From contig BTVV01000048.1 in the NCBI GenBank assembly GCA_045863855.1, positions 1-40,909 of the forward strand: a stretch of DNA of 40,909 nucleotides. Direction: 5' to 3'. Positions 35,754 to 40,909 of the stretch are shown here, one piece after another. Within the stretch, counting starts at the first letter, position 1; each line of letters begins with the position of its first letter. The translations under genes were made by a program, and so were the position numbers. The notes below the pieces were generated by a model that made no database searches, was not told the origin of the DNA, and saw only the letters and a program-made list of their open reading frames with translations. Source of the stretch: Planctomycetota bacterium (GTDB lineage Bacteria; Planctomycetota; SZUA-567; H5-PLA8).

Positions 35754-38408
35754 TCAGACCGGTCCGGTCAAGCCCGAGCCCACCGCGTGCCCGGAGGCTG
35801 GGTTGATGCAGCGGTACTTGACGGGCACTTCGCCCTCGCCGGTGGTGGTATCGAACTGGAACATAACCGGGATGTTAAAGATCTGATCGATGATGCGCGC
35901 ATTAATGAGGCCATCGTCGGTAAAGAAGTTTTTGAAATCGCCCACGCCCGTATGCAATTCGAGTTGGATCTGATTGGTGCGTTTGAGGTAGGTGGCTTTG
36001 CACCGCCTGCCGGCCCGGCCACGGGCGTCGAGGACGAAGTTGAAGACCGCGCCTTCGCCGATGTCGAAGGCCACGGCCAGACCCTCAAAGGGGTAGCGGG
36101 TCCGGGGTGGCGGCACGGCGCCGGGGTTATCGAAGCGCACGACGAAGTGGATCTGATCTTTCCCGTCCGTGCGGAAGACGCTGGTAATGCGCAAGCTGCG
36201 TACTTCGAGGTTTCCGGCCGGCACGGACGTGTCCTGCGACTCGAACGCCCCGATGTCGGCAACGCCGTTGAACTCGCGCGGGAACCCCGTACCGCGCTGG
36301 TCGTTGGTGACGGGCACCGGGTTGGAGCCTGCGTCGATCGCGACGGAACCGTAGCCCAGCGCGTGCGTTTGCGTCGGCCCGCCGTTGTCGGCCAGCGAAT
36401 CGAGCGCCGGGTCAGCCCCGACGATGTTCCCGTTCGCACCATCGGTAAGCGTATGCCCGTTGGCGTCTTCGATCAGGTTTTCGGTGCAGGTGCCCAGCGT
36501 CGCGCCGTTGTTGGAGAAGTCCGCGTGGCTGCCGGCTGTGTTGTCGGCGACGATCGTGCTGATGGCCGAAAATACGCCGCTGGAACTGGCGCGAAGGCCG
36601 CCGCCGTAATGCGCGGCTTGGTTGCTGGCGATGGTGGAGTTCCGGATGTTGATCGAGTTGGCGACGAAGACGCCGCCGCCCTGCCCCGAACCGCTCCCGC
36701 CGGGTCCACCGCCGTAGCCGTTGGCCGCGTTGCCCGAGACGGTGGAGTTGACCAAGTTGGCAAGAAAGTTGACGTACAGTCCGCCGCCCATCACATTTCC
36801 GCCTAGGCCGCCCGCCCCTGGGTTGCCTGGAGTAGAACCATTGTCTCCGGCCCCGCCGTTGCCACCGCTGCCGCCGTAGGCGAAGTTGGAACTGAGCGTG
36901 CTGTTGGTGATGTTGGCCGCGTTGTTCAGGTACAGGCCCGCGCCTAGACCCTGCCCGCCGGTCCCGCCCGCTCCGCCATCGCCGCCCGCGATGGAAACGT
37001 CTCCGCCGTTTCCGCCGTTCCCGCCGGACGATCCGATGACGTAGTTGGTTTGAATCGTGGATTGGTCAATCGTAAAGGTTCCGCCGTAGTGGTAGACACC
37101 ACCTCCTTGGGCCTGGCCTCCCGCGCCGCCCGCCCCGCCGTTACCGCCCGCGATGCCGCCACCCGTAGTTCCACCGCCGCCGGCGCCTCCGAGGCTTCCG
37201 GGACCGCCTTGGGCCGTATTATCGAATACCAGCGTGGTGGTTACATTGGCAGGAGTAGCAGCGGTATAGAGGCCGCCACCTAGAGCGATGCCGCCGCTGC
37301 CGCCCGACCCACCGGCCCCGCCACGGCCAGAAAATCCTGTTAAACCTCCGCCGTTCCCGCCCACGCCACCTTGGCCGCCGCGCGCATCGTTGCCTTGAAG
37401 GGTGGCGTCCGTGAGGCTTAGAGTTCCACTATTCGTGAAAATGCCGCCGCCAAACGCCTGACCGCCCGATCCGGCGTTGCCCGCCGCACCGCCAGTGGAT
37501 GTACCGGTATCCCCGTTTCCGCCCGCGCCGCCGTACCCGCCACCGGCGAGGTTGTTTTCGACAATGCTGCCCGCGTTGACCGTGACCGTATTGGAGAACG
37601 CGTATAGTCCGCCGCCCGCGGCAAAACCGCCCGAGCCGCCCGGGCCGCCGGCAAAGCCCTGACCACTTATGGTAGAACCGACGCCGTCCCCGCCAGCGCC
37701 GCCGTTACCGGCCAAGGCGTTGTTGAACCGGATGACCGAGCCGTTCTGGAGGAGCGTGGCCAATCTGCCGCCGTAGGCGTACACGCCGCCGCCGAAGGCG
37801 TTCCCGCCCGCGTATCCGGCCTGCCCAGGTCCGTTGGTTCCGTCCGCGCCGTTCGCGCCGTCGTCGGCCAATGCTTCGTTACCGTAGACGGCGACGTTAT
37901 CGAGCGTAAGCGCCGCGCCGTTGTTGTAGATGCCGCCGCCGGCCGCGTCGGCGCTGCCCCCGCCCGGATGATCCACCGCGTTTCCGTTGCGGACGGTCAG
38001 ATTGCGCAGCGTCACCGTTCCACCGAAAGCGTTCGTGAGGTGAAAAACACGGTCTAAATCGTTGCCGTCGATGATGGTCGTTCCGACGCCCGCGCCTTCA
38101 ATAGTGAGGTTTCCATAGCCCAGCACGTCCAGGTCGCCGTAGGCGGCGTTGTTCTCGCCTGTACCGGCGAGCGTGAGCGTGTAGGTCCCGGCCGGAAGCG
38201 TAATGGTATCGTCAGCGAAGTCGCCGTTGGCCTGGATGATCGCGTCGCGCAGGCTGATGCCCGCGCCGCCCGCGCCACCATCGGCTTCATCCACCAAGGT
38301 GTCCACGGTGGGCGTGGCGGCGGATGCGACGCCGGATTCCAAGGCCAAATACGCCAGCACCAGCGGTGCGTGCTTGTAGAGCCAGTTCAGCTTGCGATCG
38401 GCGGACAT
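35754..38408 (-). CDS. Secreted Gly-rich beta-helix protein with CSLREA-like and choice-of-anchor Q domains plus a C-terminal domain
   Basis: ISLRDAIIQAN, GDLDV, IIDGNDLDRVF, GGxGGxGG blocks, LADNGGPTQTHAL..GS.AIDAG..DQRG..DIGAFE; AAGGAG RBS. Confidence 0.85.
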   Translation of the reverse strand: MSADRKLNWLYKHAPLVLAYLALESGVASAATPTVDTLVDEADGGAGGAGISLRDAIIQANGDFADDTITLPAGTYTLTLAGTGENNAAYGDLDVLGYGNLTIEGAGVGTTIIDGNDLDRVFHLTNAFGGTVTLRNLTVRNGNAVDHPGGGSADAAGGGIYNNGAALTLDNVAVYGNEALADDGANGADGTNGPGQAGYAGGNAFGGGVYAYGGRLATLLQNGSVIRFNNALAGNGGAGGDGVGSTISGQGFAGGPGGSGGFAAGGGLYAFSNTVTVNAGSIVENNLAGGGYGGAGGNGDTGTSTGGAAGNAGSGGQAFGGGIFTNSGTLSLTDATLQGNDARGGQGGVGGNGGGLTGFSGRGGAGGSGGSGGIALGGGLYTAATPANVTTTLVFDNTAQGGPGSLGGAGGGGTTGGGIAGGNGGAGGAGGQAQGGGVYHYGGTFTIDQSTIQTNYVIGSSGGNGGNGGDVSIAGGDGGAGGTGGQGLGAGLYLNNAANITNSTLSSNFAYGGSGGNGGAGDNGSTPGNPGAGGLGGNVMGGGLYVNFLANLVNSTVSGNAANGYGGGPGGSGSGQGGGVFVANSINIRNSTIASNQAAHYGGGLRASSSGVFSAISTIVADNTAGSHADFSNNGATLGTCTENLIEDANGHTLTDGANGNIVGADPALDSLADNGGPTQTHALGYGSVAIDAGSNPVPVTNDQRGTGFPREFNGVADIGAFESQDTSVPAGNLEVRSLRITSVFRTDGKDQIHFVVRFDNPGAVPPPRTRYPFEGLAVAFDIGEGAVFNFVLDARGRAGRRCKATYLKRTNQIQLELHTGVGDFKNFFTDDGLINARIIDQIFNIPVMFQFDTTTGEGEVPVKYRCINPASGHAVGSGLTGPV

Positions 38409-38587
38409 GCAGAGCTCCTTGCGACGATGAAAGAGGGGTTCGACCTTTGGTGGAGCGAACCTCGAGAGGAATGGAGCTTTGTTTCTAGCGTTGAGCGGCC
38501 AACTGTAAAGGCAAAAGGAAACTTCAGTGCCAGAAACAGGTGCAACCGCAGGCGCACCGGAGCAGAACGAGTGCCTTGGGCGTGCTT

Positions 38588-40750
38588 TCAGGGCTTCTTG
38601 GCCGCTCGAAGTTTGACGATTTCTTCGCCCGCGGGCGTGTAAATCTCGGGCAGCGATATCCGCATGGCTTTACCGGCGGGAGGAAAGCCCGCAGCGCTCC
38701 ATTGTCCCGTGCCGCGGTTCTTCAGCAGTTCGACGACTCGGTTCTGCACCGATTCGTAACGCGGCGCATAGCTGTGGAGCACATGCTCGATCGTCGTAGC
38801 GAACGGCGGTTTCAGGCCGCCGAGCGAACTTTCCTCGCGCACGGTCGTGTCGTTGGGCTTGTTCCCAAAGGTCGCGGCCCGCATGCGCAAAGCGTTATTG
38901 AGCTTGTCGAGATCCGTGTCCTCGGCTTCGATGGCGGCCTTCAGGATCAGGGCATCCCGCGCCTGCCCGACTTGCGTAAACACATCCGCGGCCTGGCCCT
39001 TGCCCCAACTCCAAATGGATTCGAGCTGCTTAAGGAACTCCTCGTCGTTGAGCATCAGATCCGTGTCTTCGCAGATACAGGCGATGGCGTGAGCGGGCAG
39101 TTCGGTTTTACCGATGGCCGCGAGCGCGATGCTTTGCGGCATCTGATCGTAAAAGCCGCCGGTCATGCGCGCACCGGCCTTCCACATCAACCCGCCGGCG
39201 CTGGGATTGGTGGCAGCGGAAACCCAGTCTTCCCGAATGTCTTTGTAGGTGGCGAAGAGCTTCGACAGGTCGCTGCCGTGATGCGTGGAGCTGATGGTCA
39301 GCAGACGGTTGATGTCGCCTTGGCGGAAGTGCGAATAATCGGGTTCGGGCGGGCGGTGATACCAGCACTCGCAGGCTTCGGGCTTCACGTAATGGTCGTC
39401 GGTATCGGGGCGCGGCCGGTCGGATCGCACGCCTTTGGCGTATACGCGCGGCAGGACGCCGCCCTGGCTATGGCAGACCAGGTCGCACTTGGTGGCCGCG
39501 CAGCCCTTGGACTGGTAATCGCGAATGGCCGTTTTGATGCCGCCGGGGCCGTCTCGGACCATCTTCTCGTTGGTCTTGAAGTCGCTGGGGTCCGTGTTGC
39601 CGTTGGTCTTCTGCCAGTCCACGAGGTACACCGAGAAGCCTTCGTTCTTGAGGCGATCTTCCATGGAGACTTTGTAGGTCAAGCCTACGTCGCCCAGAGT
39701 TAGCTGCCAGCAGTTACGCGGTTCGTCGTAGGTGCCGTGCACGAGAATCACCGGCGGGCGCACCAGCTTGAAGGAGAGCGCGGCAGAAGGCCCGGGCGTT
39801 CCGGCGGCCGAAACCGTGCTTACCTTGACGGTGCACGCCCTGTGAGGCTTCTTATCGTGCGCGGTTCCGGCATCGAATTGAGCGGGCGGCTTGTAAAAAG
39901 CCAAGGCGACGGCTCCCAGGGTCTTCGATACCACCGTGCGCGTATCCAATCTTGGGCCGCCGGGATCTTTGAACGGGTTGGCGTCGAAGGCATGCAGCGT
40001 GCCGCCGGATTCGGGGCCCTCGAGTTCGAAGACGGCCTGCCCGTCCGGAACACCGGCCACGCGCAGGAGCAGGAGGCTGGTCCCGTCGCAAGCCGCGGCC
40101 GAGCGTGCCGTCGCGGCCGTACAGAACAGTTCGATGCGCCGTTCTGCCGACGCTTCCAGATGGATCAGCGCCCCGCCGTTAAAGACCGGATTCGCATCGT
40201 ACACGGCCGTGGGTTTCTTGAGCTTGTATTTGTATACCGTTCCCGGAAATCCAGACGCGCATGCGGAAATCGTGAACGATCCGCGCGCGGCGTCGGGCAC
40301 CTTAAACGTGTACGTCCCAGAAAAGACGCCAGGCGACACGGGGGCCAGGCGCTTGACCTGCCGGCAATACTCGAGTTGTTCGGCGGGTAAATCCTTCGAA
40401 TCGAACGTGCATTCGATGAAGGGAAACTCGTAATAGGTTTCGAGACCATCGGTATTGGTGCCGGTGGAGCGCAGCAGGAGCGTGGCGAATTCACCGGGCT
40501 TCAGCTCCCTCGGCGGAGCTTGAAACTCGGAGACGCGCTTCCAAGCGCCGTTAAGCGGAGCATGCTCGATGCGCTCGCGTTCCACTTTCCAGCGCACTTC
40601 GCTGGCCTTGGCCGCGGGGCTTTGCGTGCGGGTCCAATCTTCCTTGTTGGGGTCCACGACCGGCTCGCCGTCCCACTCGTACACGGCGTCCTGTGCCGCC
40701 GCGGAGCAGAGGATCAACAGTCCACACACGAACACGATGCGTGCGCACAT
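38588..40750 (-). CDS. Secreted alpha/beta hydrolase (PGAP1/lipase-like) with N-terminal beta-rich domains
   Basis: PVILVHG, DLVCHSQGG nucleophile elbow, STHHGS, NDTTV, LHS; signal peptide MCARIVFVCGLLILCSAAA. Confidence 0.78.
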   Translation of the reverse strand: MCARIVFVCGLLILCSAAAQDAVYEWDGEPVVDPNKEDWTRTQSPAAKASEVRWKVERERIEHAPLNGAWKRVSEFQAPPRELKPGEFATLLLRSTGTNTDGLETYYEFPFIECTFDSKDLPAEQLEYCRQVKRLAPVSPGVFSGTYTFKVPDAARGSFTISACASGFPGTVYKYKLKKPTAVYDANPVFNGGALIHLEASAERRIELFCTAATARSAAACDGTSLLLLRVAGVPDGQAVFELEGPESGGTLHAFDANPFKDPGGPRLDTRTVVSKTLGAVALAFYKPPAQFDAGTAHDKKPHRACTVKVSTVSAAGTPGPSAALSFKLVRPPVILVHGTYDEPRNCWQLTLGDVGLTYKVSMEDRLKNEGFSVYLVDWQKTNGNTDPSDFKTNEKMVRDGPGGIKTAIRDYQSKGCAATKCDLVCHSQGGVLPRVYAKGVRSDRPRPDTDDHYVKPEACECWYHRPPEPDYSHFRQGDINRLLTISSTHHGSDLSKLFATYKDIREDWVSAATNPSAGGLMWKAGARMTGGFYDQMPQSIALAAIGKTELPAHAIACICEDTDLMLNDEEFLKQLESIWSWGKGQAADVFTQVGQARDALILKAAIEAEDTDLDKLNNALRMRAATFGNKPNDTTVREESSLGGLKPPFATTIEHVLHSYAPRYESVQNRVVELLKNRGTGQWSAAGFPPAGKAMRISLPEIYTPAGEEIVKLRAAKKP

Positions 40751-40909
40751 AAACGGAATGCTCTCCAGGTTGGGTCGACCCATGCGATGAAAGAAAGTCT
40801 AGACATGGAACCGGTTTGCCGCCACAGGAAAGTTTCTCCTCGGCGTGGGACCAAGCGGTCTGGCCCATGATACAGACGGGCCGCGGAAGCAGGGAAGCCT
40901 CCGCGGCCC

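Noticed and set aside
38425..40794. Shared 10-mer CGATGAAAGA upstream of two secreted-protein genes (38425-38434 and 40785-40794)
   Set aside because: Short, non-palindromic and at different distances from the starts; could be chance.

Overview
GC-rich bacterial chromosomal window, probably Planctomycetota (inferred from a Rhodopirellula/Verrucomicrobium-type ECF sigma factor and several secreted proteins typical of that lineage). It holds about 31 CDS; I found no rRNA, tRNA, CRISPR array, integrase or transposase. In order: a 5'-truncated tail-fibre-like repeat/Kelch protein; a probable surface-glycan tailoring region (sulfotransferase, two GT9 paralogs with one fused to a GDPD domain, an atypical kinase, a methyltransferase, an AlkP-superfamily enzyme); VOC, YyaL-like and pepA genes; a minus-strand run with two translationally coupled ECF sigma factors, the second carrying an anti-sigma-like N-terminal extension, preceded by two paralogs sharing an identical 246-bp block; an IclR/PhyH/enolase/esterase operon with an apparently leaderless promoter built on a perfect palindrome; a convergent ornithine-type decarboxylase and homospermidine synthase pair; GH32; and large secreted proteins. 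The best candidates for something undescribed are the sigma plus anti-sigma-sigma fusion pair and the GT9-GDPD/atypical kinase cassette. All calls come from reading motifs by eye; no searches were run.
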